Of a DNA stretch of 32,324 nucleotides, positions 1-8,373 are shown piece after piece. The position numbers and the translations under genes are program-made. Below the pieces are notes generated by a model. It did not search any database. It saw only the letters and a program-made list of their open reading frames with translations, and was not told where the DNA came from. Numbering within the stretch: position 1 is the stretch's first letter; the number at the start of each line of letters is the position of its first letter. Source of the stretch: a virus (Duplodnaviria > Caudoviricetes); the IMG/VR virus record IMGVR_UViG_3300014208_000099, positions 1 to 32,324 of that record; one strand, 5' to 3'.

Positions 1-117
1 ATCCTTGCCTTGCTGGCGACAAAGACTTTTCGCAATCGCCATCAGAACATGAGGTCTCCCGGGCAAACCATCAGAAGTAGCGTCCACATTGATAACCCTT
101 CTTCTTTTAACCTTCAT
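1..117 (-). CDS. Hypothetical protein, 3' end truncated by the window edge (MKVKRRRVINVDATSDGLPGRPHVLMAIAKSLCRQQGKD...)
   Basis: Manual translation; ATG at 117 preceded by AGGAGGA RBS; open to window edge; not in ORF track. Confidence 0.65.
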   Translation of the reverse strand, partial: MKVKRRRVINVDATSDGLPGRPHVLMAIAKSLCRQQGKD

Positions 118-130
118 AACTCCTCCTGGT

Positions 131-328
131 TTATTTAAAAGAATTTCTCCGCCCTTTTTTGTCTTCTATTGTTACCTCCTCAAGACTATTTAACTGCGTC
201 GCAAGAATTATCGCAAACTCTTTCGCATCCTTCATAGTGCAATTAGAAGGCAAAATAACAGCAATCTGTTCCTTCCCCTTTACAATCGTATTCCTTAAAG
301 CCTTATATATATTGACCTTCTGCTTCAT
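131..328 (-). CDS. Hypothetical protein, 65 aa, ends KGRRNSFK
   Basis: ATGA overlap with upstream gene, co-oriented in operon. Confidence 0.6.
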   Translation of the reverse strand: MKQKVNIYKALRNTIVKGKEQIAVILPSNCTMKDAKEFAIILATQLNSLEEVTIEDKKGRRNSFK

Positions 329-630
329 TTAAAAGAATTCCTTCGGCCTTTTTCATCTATATAATAAAACCCCAGTCGATCTGATAAAAGAACACGGGAA
401 TTCTCCCTCCCGTGCTTAATCTCAAGAGCTTTAAAATTTTTCTGCAGGGATCTGGAACAATCATAAGTATACTTGATCTCAAAAGGCTGTTGATGCCAGC
501 AAATAAAATAACCGGCCAGATAAGAAAAAATCATAAACAAGAAGATTAAAACAACTAAGCCAAACCTGTTCCACTTCTTTTTCGTCTTAGCTGATAGCTC
601 CTCTCCATTAAAAGGCTCATACAAAGTCAT
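325..630 (-). CDS. Small single-pass membrane protein, ends KGRRNSFK
   Basis: Hydrophobic stretch FGLVVLIFLFMIFSYLAGYFICW; GAGGAG RBS upstream. Confidence 0.7.
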   Translation of the reverse strand: MTLYEPFNGEELSAKTKKKWNRFGLVVLIFLFMIFSYLAGYFICWHQQPFEIKYTYDCSRSLQKNFKALEIKHGRENSRVLLSDRLGFYYIDEKGRRNSFK

Positions 631-692
631 GTAATTTTCTCCTCATCTTCTTTTAACAATTCTTTATAAGTCATCCTCTGGTCAACCTTATC

Positions 693-1289
693 TTACAAAT
701 GCTTTCTTATTCTTTCCTTAATAGCCTTTTCCGTCCTTCCATGTCTTCCGGCGCGCAAAGAAATAAAAGAAGCAAACGCATTATCCAGCATGCGGTCTTC
801 AAGATTACTCCAGATTCTCCCCTGACAATTTCGTAAAATGGGCTTATCTTCACTTTTAATATTAGGAGAATATGTCGGTTCCGGGTCAGACAGAAGAAAA
901 GTTTCGATATCGTCCACTTTGCGAATCAGGCTCGCCACTGCCGCTTCCAGTTCTTCTATTCTTTCTGTCGAAGAGATATTAGCCGTCTTTTTTAATGCGG
1001 CTTTATTTCGTTCTTTTTCTTCAAACACCTCTGCCGCAACGATCTTTACTAAATGAGTTATTGAATCCGTTTTTTGTCTTTCCATACAAATGCCTCCTTT
1101 TAATCCTTCTATACAATCCCTCTTTTTTGCCAATTCATAATAATGATTTCTACCGACCGATCCGCCAAATTCTAAAAAACTCGGTATCATCACCTTGTGA
1201 TACTTTAATAAAGCCTGAAGCAATCCCTCCCGATACTTTAACCAAAATGAAGTCATCATATCTCCAGACTCATCGAAAATCAAAGCCAT
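693..1289 (-). CDS. Hypothetical protein with coiled coil and C-terminal Myb/HTH-like motif; possible internal start at 1085
   Basis: AGGAG RBS before 1289; GGAGG RBS before MERQKT; GRIWSNLEDRML...HGRTEKAIKERI resembles a Trp-containing HTH repeat. Confidence 0.6.
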   Translation of the reverse strand: MALIFDESGDMMTSFWLKYREGLLQALLKYHKVMIPSFLEFGGSVGRNHYYELAKKRDCIEGLKGGICMERQKTDSITHLVKIVAAEVFEEKERNKAALKKTANISSTERIEELEAAVASLIRKVDDIETFLLSDPEPTYSPNIKSEDKPILRNCQGRIWSNLEDRMLDNAFASFISLRAGRHGRTEKAIKERIRKHL

Positions 1290-1304
1290 ATATTATCTCC
1301 TATT

Positions 1305-1538
1305 CTATGTTAAAACATCTTTCGGGACATCCATATATTTCCAATGGGTAATCTGTTTGATCACCGAACTAAAAGGCACCCAGCCTTCACAAGTTGAAAG
1401 TTTAAGGGCATCTCCAATATAATCCGGTAAAATCACAGAGATCCTTATTCCTAATAGCCAGCCCTTTGTCATGTTGTTCCAAAAAAGAGCAGGTATCTCA
1501 TAATCAGGTAGTTGTTCGGAAATTCTGATCCAGTCCAT
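1305..1538 (-). CDS. DUF551-like small phage protein
   Basis: N-terminal WIRISEQLP and C-terminal ITHWKYMDVP match the W-I-x-x-x-E-x-L-P ... THW pattern. Confidence 0.65.
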   Translation of the reverse strand: MDWIRISEQLPDYEIPALFWNNMTKGWLLGIRISVILPDYIGDALKLSTCEGWVPFSSVIKQITHWKYMDVPKDVLT

Positions 1539-1597
1539 TCTATCACCCCGGTAAAATCAATCACTATTGTATTATATAAAAAACAAAAAAAGGCGTG

Positions 1598-4408
1598 CTA
1601 AAAACCACTGGTGCTTATCATTCCTGCCTGTATCTTTCTTACTGGGAATTTTCTCCAGACGTAATAACCAATTGCATCGGAAATATGAGATAGTTCAGGA
1701 TTCTTCTTTTTATCAATCTCTCCTGACCCGCCTTGAACGCATTGGACGCCCTCAAAATCTTTGTCGACATGCGGAGCCTTGGAAGGATCAACTAATAATC
1801 TTACTTTACCTTGCATGGTCAATAAGCGACTATTAACCGCATTGACTCTATCTCTTTCGGAAGGGTTTGCTTCGGGGTAATCAAAATGCAGTCTGTCTCC
1901 AAAATAACCTCTTAATACTTTCTTGATTATGTCCCAGTCAGAACCGGCAAGCTTTGCAGATCCCTTTGCTCCACCGGTTGCATCACCGTAACAATAAATC
2001 AAGCCTTGATGTTCGCGCCAATCATTACCTAATTTATTACAGACCAAAGCAGTATTGGAATTCTGAGGGATATAAACTTCTCCTATTATCCCGGAAACAG
2101 TTTCTCCGATCAATATTGCGCCGGTCTCCATATCAATAACCTGCTTCTCCTGAACAACAGCGGCGACACCTGGTGCGACGTTAAAGTCAAAACAAAAATG
2201 TAGAGGCTGTTGTGGATTATATTGAATTCTTGCGTTATGAAGCTTTGATGAATAGGGGTAGTAAATCCTGCCCTGAAAATTTATAAATGAGTTAAAATTA
2301 TCCAACCCATCGGCCAGCAAGTAACTATGGTCAGGACTATCAACAGCCACATTCCAACATTTTTCTTTATTTTGTGGAGTCTTAGAGATAATCTTGAGCT
2401 TTAATTTGCCATCGCTATAATGCTTTTTAACCCACGAAGCAAAATCATCAAAAAAATTGGAGATCCTTGTTGATTCGCTTAATCCAATTACCCGGGCGGT
2501 CGTCATTTTTAACCCGAATAAATCTCCAATCTCTTTCCACTTTAATCCCTGCCCCCGAAGCCCTTTAACCTGTTTTCGACGAGCCCTTGAAGCCTCCATA
2601 TATCTTTGATACAGCCAACTTCTCTCTTGTTTTATCGGGCAATATAAATAACCGATCTTGTCGATAAAATCAAAGTTCGTATAAACTCTACAATATTTCT
2701 CCTTTCTCTTGACAACCGCTTTAAGTCCGAAGACATTGGACATCATCTCCGCGCATTCTTCTACCAATCTTTTTGAACACATTGCAAGATTGATGTCTTT
2801 AATTTGTTTACCTGTCTTGCCGGGCCGGGGAATCGTCCCTTCTGCTCCAAAAAGAGCGGCAAGAAAGGATTTCTGAACGTCTATATCTTTATTCTCTTTT
2901 ATCCACGCCGGAATTCCAAAGTCTTGCTTTACCTTACTCCCCACTACACAGCCAGATTTCACAAGAAATAAAGAATCCTTATTAGAGAATTGAATCTGAT
3001 GCCCGCCTCCTTTTTTTTCTCCGATATTAATGCCGAGACCAAGGCCAAGAGAATGTAAATCAGACAACAAATCCACTACTCCTTGTCGATCATAGCTGTA
3101 AAAACAAGCAGACAAACCCCCTTCTTTTCTCTTAGTAACCCAACCATCTCCCAAATTAAAACCAACAATAGCCGCCAGTTTTTGATCCCTTGTAGAAGGC
3201 TTAAAATAAACAGGAGCTTTCTCCAAATAAGCACAATCAATCAGACAAAGAACCCGTCCTCCTATTCTCATTTTATGATGACTCGAAGCTCGAAAAAGAG
3301 TTAAATCTTCAAGTTCGACCTCCAACATATCTTTTATCCCGGTAGTTCCACAAGCAAGAACTCTCGTAGGGATAAGAACGCCCTGTTGCGCAGAAACCAA
3401 AACATCTCCTACGGCTATTCGACGAACTTTCTTAACTGTTCCATTCCACAACAAAACCAAAGTATCAGGAGCATGACATCCCTCAAACTCCTGCAGATAT
3501 GTCAACTCATCAAGATCATTTTTAGCGGCTATTATTTCCTGTGGATCTAAAATATCTGCACTGATCCAATGAAAATAATCCCACTCTCCTGTCTCATCCT
3601 GCTGAGCTTTCTTTGCCAGATCGTAATAATGGTTTCGGCCTTCAGGAACACCTATAAAGTCACACCATCCTTTTCTATCCGCCAAGGCCGGCCTGACATG
3701 TTCTCCCCATACGTTCTTTTTCATATTGCCATATTCATCAAGAATGCCGCCGTCCCAAGCAACACCCTCAATCCGCTCCGGTTTATCCATACCTAAAACC
3801 TGTATTGTAGATCCGGTAGTATAGGTGATTGTCAGATCTGATTCAGAAGGAGGTTTTTGCATAACCCATCGCGGGGTCAATCTTTTTAGATCTTCCCAGT
3901 ATATTCGTTTTGCCTGGTCTCTTGTCGGAGCGGCCGCAAAAAAGCGTGGATCATCAAAAGGTGTTCCTTTCATGGCTCTGCGGACAAGTTTTCTTTTAGC
4001 TAATTCTGTTTTGCCCGACCGTCTACCTGCCGGATTGACGTTAAATCTCTTTGGTCTTTTGACCAGTCTTTGTTGTTCGGCATGGGGTTTAAGTCGAGTC
4101 CACCGGGTAGTCAGTAATGGTTTATCTGCCAAGTCCGGAATGGACTCCTTCGCCGCTTTTTGATAATAGAATTCAGTCTTGCTTGCCGATAAGGCTTTTC
4201 GATGGACTCTTTTGAATGGTTTGTCTTTAAGTTTTGCCTTGATTTTTTCCTTATGCTTCTCAGACAAAGGTCTCTTCCTGCCGTCCCCGGCCAACCATTG
4301 TTCTCCCAGCAACTTCTTTCTTTTATAGGTTTCCGTGATGGATCTTTTACGTTTGTCTGGTTTTATCCGGTCAGGGTAAGATTCATTTGCTTTGCTTCCA
4401 CGGCGCAA
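1598..4408 (-). CDS. terL: Terminase large subunit containing an intein (936 aa precursor, about 540 aa spliced)
   Basis: Walker A GRRSGKT, Walker B GILDE, GVPEGRNHYY coupling region, RNase H-like nuclease motifs FDFN, YGDATG, HISDAIGY; downstream of terS. Confidence 0.93.
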   Translation of the reverse strand: MRRGSKANESYPDRIKPDKRKRSITETYKRKKLLGEQWLAGDGRKRPLSEKHKEKIKAKLKDKPFKRVHRKALSASKTEFYYQKAAKESIPDLADKPLLTTRWTRLKPHAEQQRLVKRPKRFNVNPAGRRSGKTELAKRKLVRRAMKGTPFDDPRFFAAAPTRDQAKRIYWEDLKRLTPRWVMQKPPSESDLTITYTTGSTIQVLGMDKPERIEGVAWDGGILDEYGNMKKNVWGEHVRPALADRKGWCDFIGVPEGRNHYYDLAKKAQQDETGEWDYFHWISADILDPQEIIAAKNDLDELTYLQEFEGCHAPDTLVLLWNGTVKKVRRIAVGDVLVSAQQGVLIPTRVLACGTTGIKDMLEVELEDLTLFRASSHHKMRIGGRVLCLIDCAYLEKAPVYFKPSTRDQKLAAIVGFNLGDGWVTKRKEGGLSACFYSYDRQGVVDLLSDLHSLGLGLGINIGEKKGGGHQIQFSNKDSLFLVKSGCVVGSKVKQDFGIPAWIKENKDIDVQKSFLAALFGAEGTIPRPGKTGKQIKDINLAMCSKRLVEECAEMMSNVFGLKAVVKRKEKYCRVYTNFDFIDKIGYLYCPIKQERSWLYQRYMEASRARRKQVKGLRGQGLKWKEIGDLFGLKMTTARVIGLSESTRISNFFDDFASWVKKHYSDGKLKLKIISKTPQNKEKCWNVAVDSPDHSYLLADGLDNFNSFINFQGRIYYPYSSKLHNARIQYNPQQPLHFCFDFNVAPGVAAVVQEKQVIDMETGAILIGETVSGIIGEVYIPQNSNTALVCNKLGNDWREHQGLIYCYGDATGGAKGSAKLAGSDWDIIKKVLRGYFGDRLHFDYPEANPSERDRVNAVNSRLLTMQGKVRLLVDPSKAPHVDKDFEGVQCVQGGSGEIDKKKNPELSHISDAIGYYVWRKFPVRKIQAGMISTSGF
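2291..3478 (-). mobile_element. Intein (396 aa) with LAGLIDADG homing endonuclease, inserted in TerL at QEFEG|SF
   Basis: Starts CHAPDTLVLLWNG, block B FRASSHHKM, LAGLIDADG-type motifs IVGFNLGDG and FLAALFGAEG, ends YLLADGLDNFN before +1 Ser; removal restores QEFEGSF. Confidence 0.9.
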
Positions 4409-4410
4409 TT

Positions 4411-4670
4411 TTATTTATCTCCTTTCCATTTCCATCTTCTCATTTGCCCTGTTGATCTATCATTCCGCCTCATCCTTAATTTAACACTTCTCCTGCCAGA
4501 AGCTTCCTTGATCACCCGGAATTGGACATATGAACGAGCCCGCAATCACAACAGGCCAATTTATAATTGCGCTCAGCATGACCATGAATGTGAAACCCGA
4601 TCTTTCTAACGCGCTGGCCAGGAAGTCTTTTAAAGATCAAAAAAGGGATCTTTTTTCGTCCCCTGATCAT
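4411..4670 (-). pseudogene. Frameshifted small Cys/His protein (ACCDCGLVH motif), about 86 aa if one base is restored near 4530
   Basis: Frame 1 (4670-4512): MIRGRKK...NYKLACCDCGLVH(MSNSG*); shifted frame continues VQFRVIKEASGRRSVKLRMRRNDRSTGQMRRWKWKGDK* ending 2 nt before the terL start. Confidence 0.6.
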
Positions 4671-4715
4671 TAAAATTGCGCTTTTAAGGATATCAAATCA
4701 AAAGCCCCTTAAAAG

Positions 4716-4763
4716 AGCCCGTCTTAGTCGATCAACCCCCGTTAAAACGCACTAAGACGGGCT
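4716..4763. repeat. Perfect 13-bp inverted repeat AGCCCGTCTTAGT / ACTAAGACGGGCT with 22-nt spacer
   Basis: Arms read directly at 4716-4728 and 4751-4763. Confidence 0.8.
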
Positions 4764-4935
4764 TAATCCCTGTTAAAATAGATCCTAAAAGCCCCTCAAT
4801 CCGTCTGGACGATCTCAAAGCCAATCCCTTGTCAAACCGACAAACAAAGAGCCGCCCACATCTCATAAAATAAATGATGCTTCCCGGGCCTAAAATGCAT
4901 TTTAAGGATAAAGAACGCATTTGCCATGTCATCAA
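4732..4935 (-). CDS. Possible hypothetical protein, 67 aa (doubtful)
   Basis: Overlaps the terS stop; no recognisable motif. Confidence 0.25.
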   Translation of the reverse strand: MMTWQMRSLSLKCILGPGSIIYFMRCGRLFVCRFDKGLALRSSRRIEGLLGSILTGIKPVLVRFNGG

Positions 4936-5582
4936 TCAGCCCCGGAAACCGCTTCGTCTTCCGGCAAATCCGTTAAATCGTCCATCTGTTTTAAAGCTTC
5001 CTTGATTCTGCGAGCTTCTTCTATAGGATCTTTTGACTTATTAGAGTCTTCCCAAAACAGACCAAGATGTTTCCCCAAGTCAATGAGAGCGCTTTTCTTA
5101 TCATAAAGCTTGCAACTGATTCTCCTGCCTTGGATGGTTTCGGAAGATTTTATTTCGGAGATTACTGCGGTTTGATCACGTGAGAGACTATCTGAACTTT
5201 TTAAAGTTATCCATGCTTTGTCCCATGAAAGGAGATCTTTGACATTCGATAAAGCCAATAAAGACAGCTCCTTAATCACGCGCTCCTGATTAACCTCAAA
5301 CCTTTCAGATAATTCTGTTTGCTTGTCATAAATCGCCTGTTGTATTTCGGGCTTGGCCATAAGCCTTATGACGGCTCTCTTATTTCTCTCTTTATCCTTA
5401 GTCGCATAGCCAGCTCTTTCATAAGCCGCAAATGGGTCAAGATCCAACATATACTGCTCTATAAAGTATTTAAGTTTAAAATACTTCTTCTTTGTCAGTT
5501 CAGGCTCTTCATCTGGAACTTCTGATCTTACCCTGTTTACTTTTCTCTTGATTCTTTGAATTTGATCATCAATTTTTTTCAT
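4932..5582 (-). CDS. terS: Terminase small subunit
   Basis: FIEQYMLDLDPFAAYERAGY HTH and C-terminal KLYDKKSALIDLGKHLGLF, typical of Terminase_2-type TerS; upstream of terL. Confidence 0.88.
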   Translation of the reverse strand: MKKIDDQIQRIKRKVNRVRSEVPDEEPELTKKKYFKLKYFIEQYMLDLDPFAAYERAGYATKDKERNKRAVIRLMAKPEIQQAIYDKQTELSERFEVNQERVIKELSLLALSNVKDLLSWDKAWITLKSSDSLSRDQTAVISEIKSSETIQGRRISCKLYDKKSALIDLGKHLGLFWEDSNKSKDPIEEARRIKEALKQMDDLTDLPEDEAVSGAD

Positions 5583-5656
5583 GTTCTTAGTTTATTATCT
5601 TTTGCCTGAATTTCAAAGAAATTTTTTACAAATCATTTTTGTTTGGGCTTTTTTAA

Positions 5657-6145
5657 CTATATTTCCATGACTTCTCCAAATAAAGAATCTTCATCCCGAT
5701 CCTGCTCCTGCTCCTGACAGAGATCACATAATCTGTTTTTGTAACAAGTTTTATAAGGGGTTTTCTCTACTACTATGGCATAAAATAATTTATCGCAGTT
5801 GAGACATTGGATTTCTTCTGTTACTGGAATATCCGAAAAGGATTGATGAGCTGATTCTTCTGTTCTTGCGTAGGTGTCGATACCTATCTTTCTTCGGCAA
5901 ACTATACACCAGCCATTATATCTTGATCTCCTGCCTTGAAAAGACTTATAGCTGGTGATTGATTTTAAGCGATTACAATTTTCGCATATTCTTTTTCTCC
6001 CGGTATTTGTAATGCAAAGTATCTTTACCCTTATGAAATAGATCCGCCATACGGGTAAAGATACTTGTAGTCCGATCTCCTTGTCAGTCTTGCCTGATTT
6101 TACAAGGTCAAATATCCTGTTGATGAAATTGGCTTCATCTCTCAC
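5657..6145 (-). CDS. HTH plus Zn-finger protein, putative DNA-binding regulator
   Basis: GKTDKEIGLQVSLP HTH-like segment; four CxxC pairs (CENC, CIVC, CLNC, CDLC). Confidence 0.6.
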   Translation of the reverse strand: MRDEANFINRIFDLVKSGKTDKEIGLQVSLPVWRIYFIRVKILCITNTGRKRICENCNRLKSITSYKSFQGRRSRYNGWCIVCRRKIGIDTYARTEESAHQSFSDIPVTEEIQCLNCDKLFYAIVVEKTPYKTCYKNRLCDLCQEQEQDRDEDSLFGEVMEI

Positions 6146-6176
6146 ATTATCAACCCTTCTTTTTTGACCCGGGAGA

Positions 6177-6797
6177 TTATAACACTTCTGCTACGGTTTT
6201 CTTATTTTCCAACCTTAGTCTGAAAACGCGGTCAGATCCTTCCTGTTGTTCCGGAATATGAGAAACCATAAGGATCTGTATTTTCAAACCCCGGCCTGTC
6301 TCCCCTATCATCAAGCCCCCTCTTTTTTCCAGGGTTTTATCAGCACTCTTTAAATGTTTGAGCGGTTCATCCAATAATAGAAAACGCCTTAATCCTTTTT
6401 TCATGGATAAAGCGGCAACCTGTAATCCGTAAGCGGCGACATCGGATTCTCCTCCGCCTCCACCGTATGTCAGGTCTTTATGTTCCGTTCCATCCTTCTT
6501 GAAAATCAGATCCGCTTCTGTCTGTCCCCTTCTGGTCTCAAATCTTAACTCGAATTCATAGGGATCGTCAAAAACCCCGCTCATGGCCGCATCTACAGGA
6601 GATTCAAAATAAAACTTGAGTTGATCCTGTGTCTGTTTTGCAACCAGTTGTATCCTTGCCTGAGCTTCCTCTCCGTTGACAATCTCCTGTTCGAGCTTCT
6701 CTATCTTTGAAAGGGCTGACTCTATATTGTCTTTGATCTGGTCGCGCCTGCCTTTTAAATTGTCTATCTTCTCACGGAAAAGAGTTATGTTGCTCAT
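6177..6797 (-). CDS. sbcC: SbcC/Rad50 (gp46-like) C-terminal half: coiled coil, ABC signature, Walker B
   Basis: Coiled coil followed by YGGGGGE signature, LLLDEP Walker B/D-loop, MVSH H-loop; no Walker A. Confidence 0.85.
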   Translation of the reverse strand: MSNITLFREKIDNLKGRRDQIKDNIESALSKIEKLEQEIVNGEEAQARIQLVAKQTQDQLKFYFESPVDAAMSGVFDDPYEFELRFETRRGQTEADLIFKKDGTEHKDLTYGGGGGESDVAAYGLQVAALSMKKGLRRFLLLDEPLKHLKSADKTLEKRGGLMIGETGRGLKIQILMVSHIPEQQEGSDRVFRLRLENKKTVAEVL

Positions 6798-6822
6798 GTG
6801 GTCACCATTGTTTAATAAAGGG

Positions 6823-6850
6823 AAACCGGCCTATCTCCTTTGGCCGGTTT
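6823..6850 (-). terminator. Stem-loop downstream of the Hc1-like gene, possible terminator
   Basis: AAACCGGCC / GGCCGGTTT 9-bp stem; minus-strand loop contains AAAGGAGATA; U-tract weak. Confidence 0.5.
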
Positions 6851-6886
6851 ATTTTGAAGTCTTTGGGAGATCCAATTATGAAGTGA

Positions 6887-7072
6887 TTAAGATTCCTTAC
6901 CAAGAGAATGAGCTTTCATCTCTTTAACTTTGGGAATGATCCCTGCAATTATTGCCCTGAATCTTTTACCTGCCGCTTGATTACCTTTTGTATCAAATGC
7001 AACAGCTTCCGTCTCCGCCTTTGTCAATTCTTCCCTGACTTCTCCGATCAATCCAACAAGTGTCTTCGCCAT
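6887..7072 (-). CDS. Histone H1-like Hc1-family small protein
   Basis: 61 aa helical hairpin with KGNQAAGKRFR, matching the KGNKAAGTRAR pattern; AGGAG RBS. Confidence 0.7.
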   Translation of the reverse strand: MAKTLVGLIGEVREELTKAETEAVAFDTKGNQAAGKRFRAIIAGIIPKVKEMKAHSLGKES

Positions 7073-7105
7073 TGTAACTTCTCCTTCATTGTTATAAGTT
7101 ATTTT

Positions 7106-7378
7106 CTACCGTTCACCACCAACAAAACCCCATGCAAAATTATCTTTTAAAGCCGATACAGCCAGTAAAAAATCGGCGTCGTCTTTCTCAAGTTTTTTTG
7201 TCTGCAAAACAAGATCCCTTTTTGCCGCATCCAGACTATTGAGACCAAAGTCTTTTTTAAGTCGATCCAATAAAGCAGAGTTTTTACCCTCAAGAACCCT
7301 GACCCGATTCTCTTTGACTTCAAGCTCTTTTTTCATCTTCATCAGATCCTCTGCCGTCGCAATATGATTCTGCGCCAT
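7106..7378 (-). CDS. Small coiled-coil protein within the sbcCD locus
   Basis: Heptad-rich 90 aa; AGGAG RBS. Confidence 0.7.
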   Translation of the reverse strand: MAQNHIATAEDLMKMKKELEVKENRVRVLEGKNSALLDRLKKDFGLNSLDAAKRDLVLQTKKLEKDDADFLLAVSALKDNFAWGFVGGER

Positions 7379-7392
7379 CTTAATTCTCCTTA

Positions 7393-8373
7393 TTAATTAA
7401 AACAATCCCATATTTTTTGTTCCACTTCCGGAGACGCCGGATTCTCCCGTAAATGTATCTTCATATTTTCTTCGAACTTAATTTTAATCTCCCCCGGTTT
7501 AATAGATTCAACGAAAGCCTGCATTCTCCTTTCCTTCTCTTCCTGTTTCTCGATCCTTTCCCTGCTTAAAACTTCCTTTTCAATGGGGAGGTAAGCGATC
7601 TCAACCCTCTTTTCGTCCGCATACCATAAATATACCCGCGGTTGATGATCAATCTGGTCTGCCGCGCTCCTCATCATACTGCCGGGATTAACCAATAAAC
7701 GACCTTGATGCTCCAACACAAACGACTTATGATTATCTCCTGTCAGAATTAAATCATATTCCGGAAATTGTTTTAATAAAGAGATCCCGTTTAACCCTTT
7801 ACCCTGTTCCCAGCCCCTACCCTCTTTTGCAAGAATCAAATCATGCGCCATCGCAACCGAATAAAATTGTCTCCCCTTCTGTTTACATTGTAGGCAATTC
7901 TTAATCGGTTGACCATAAGGGAAGGGGTGAATATAAAATTGATTGTATTTGGAATGACCGGAAAATGTGAAACGAGTAAGATCCGTGTGATTCTGATTGT
8001 CCGAATAAAGCAGGGTTATACTATCTTTTATTTCCAGAACCCCAAGTCCTGATTTCTTCCATAAAGAAAGATTGTGATTCGGGAGATCATGTTGTCCCGG
8101 TATCACAATCAGCTCTATCGGTTTTAAGGGAGAAGCTTTCAAAAGCGTGGATAAAAATTTCCTCAAAAGCCAGTTTGGCCACTCGGACTCCTGACCAAGA
8201 TCTCCGGCAAACAAAATCGGACAGAAATCATTTTCAACCGATAGAGACAAAATAAATTCAAACTTAGTCCACATCGCCTTTTGAAAATCATCTATCCTTG
8301 ACTGAGGTTTACCAGGTCTAATATGAAGATCAGCACCCAGTATCGCATCCGCAAGTTTCTTTGGCATTATCAC
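7393..8373 (-). CDS. sbcD: SbcD/Mre11 (gp47-like) metallophosphoesterase nuclease
   Basis: ADLH, AGDL, PGQHD, AHD, GDNH, NPGS motifs; lies between the two SbcC halves. Confidence 0.88.
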   Translation of the reverse strand: MIMPKKLADAILGADLHIRPGKPQSRIDDFQKAMWTKFEFILSLSVENDFCPILFAGDLGQESEWPNWLLRKFLSTLLKASPLKPIELIVIPGQHDLPNHNLSLWKKSGLGVLEIKDSITLLYSDNQNHTDLTRFTFSGHSKYNQFYIHPFPYGQPIKNCLQCKQKGRQFYSVAMAHDLILAKEGRGWEQGKGLNGISLLKQFPEYDLILTGDNHKSFVLEHQGRLLVNPGSMMRSAADQIDHQPRVYLWYADEKRVEIAYLPIEKEVLSRERIEKQEEKERRMQAFVESIKPGEIKIKFEENMKIHLRENPASPEVEQKIWDCFN

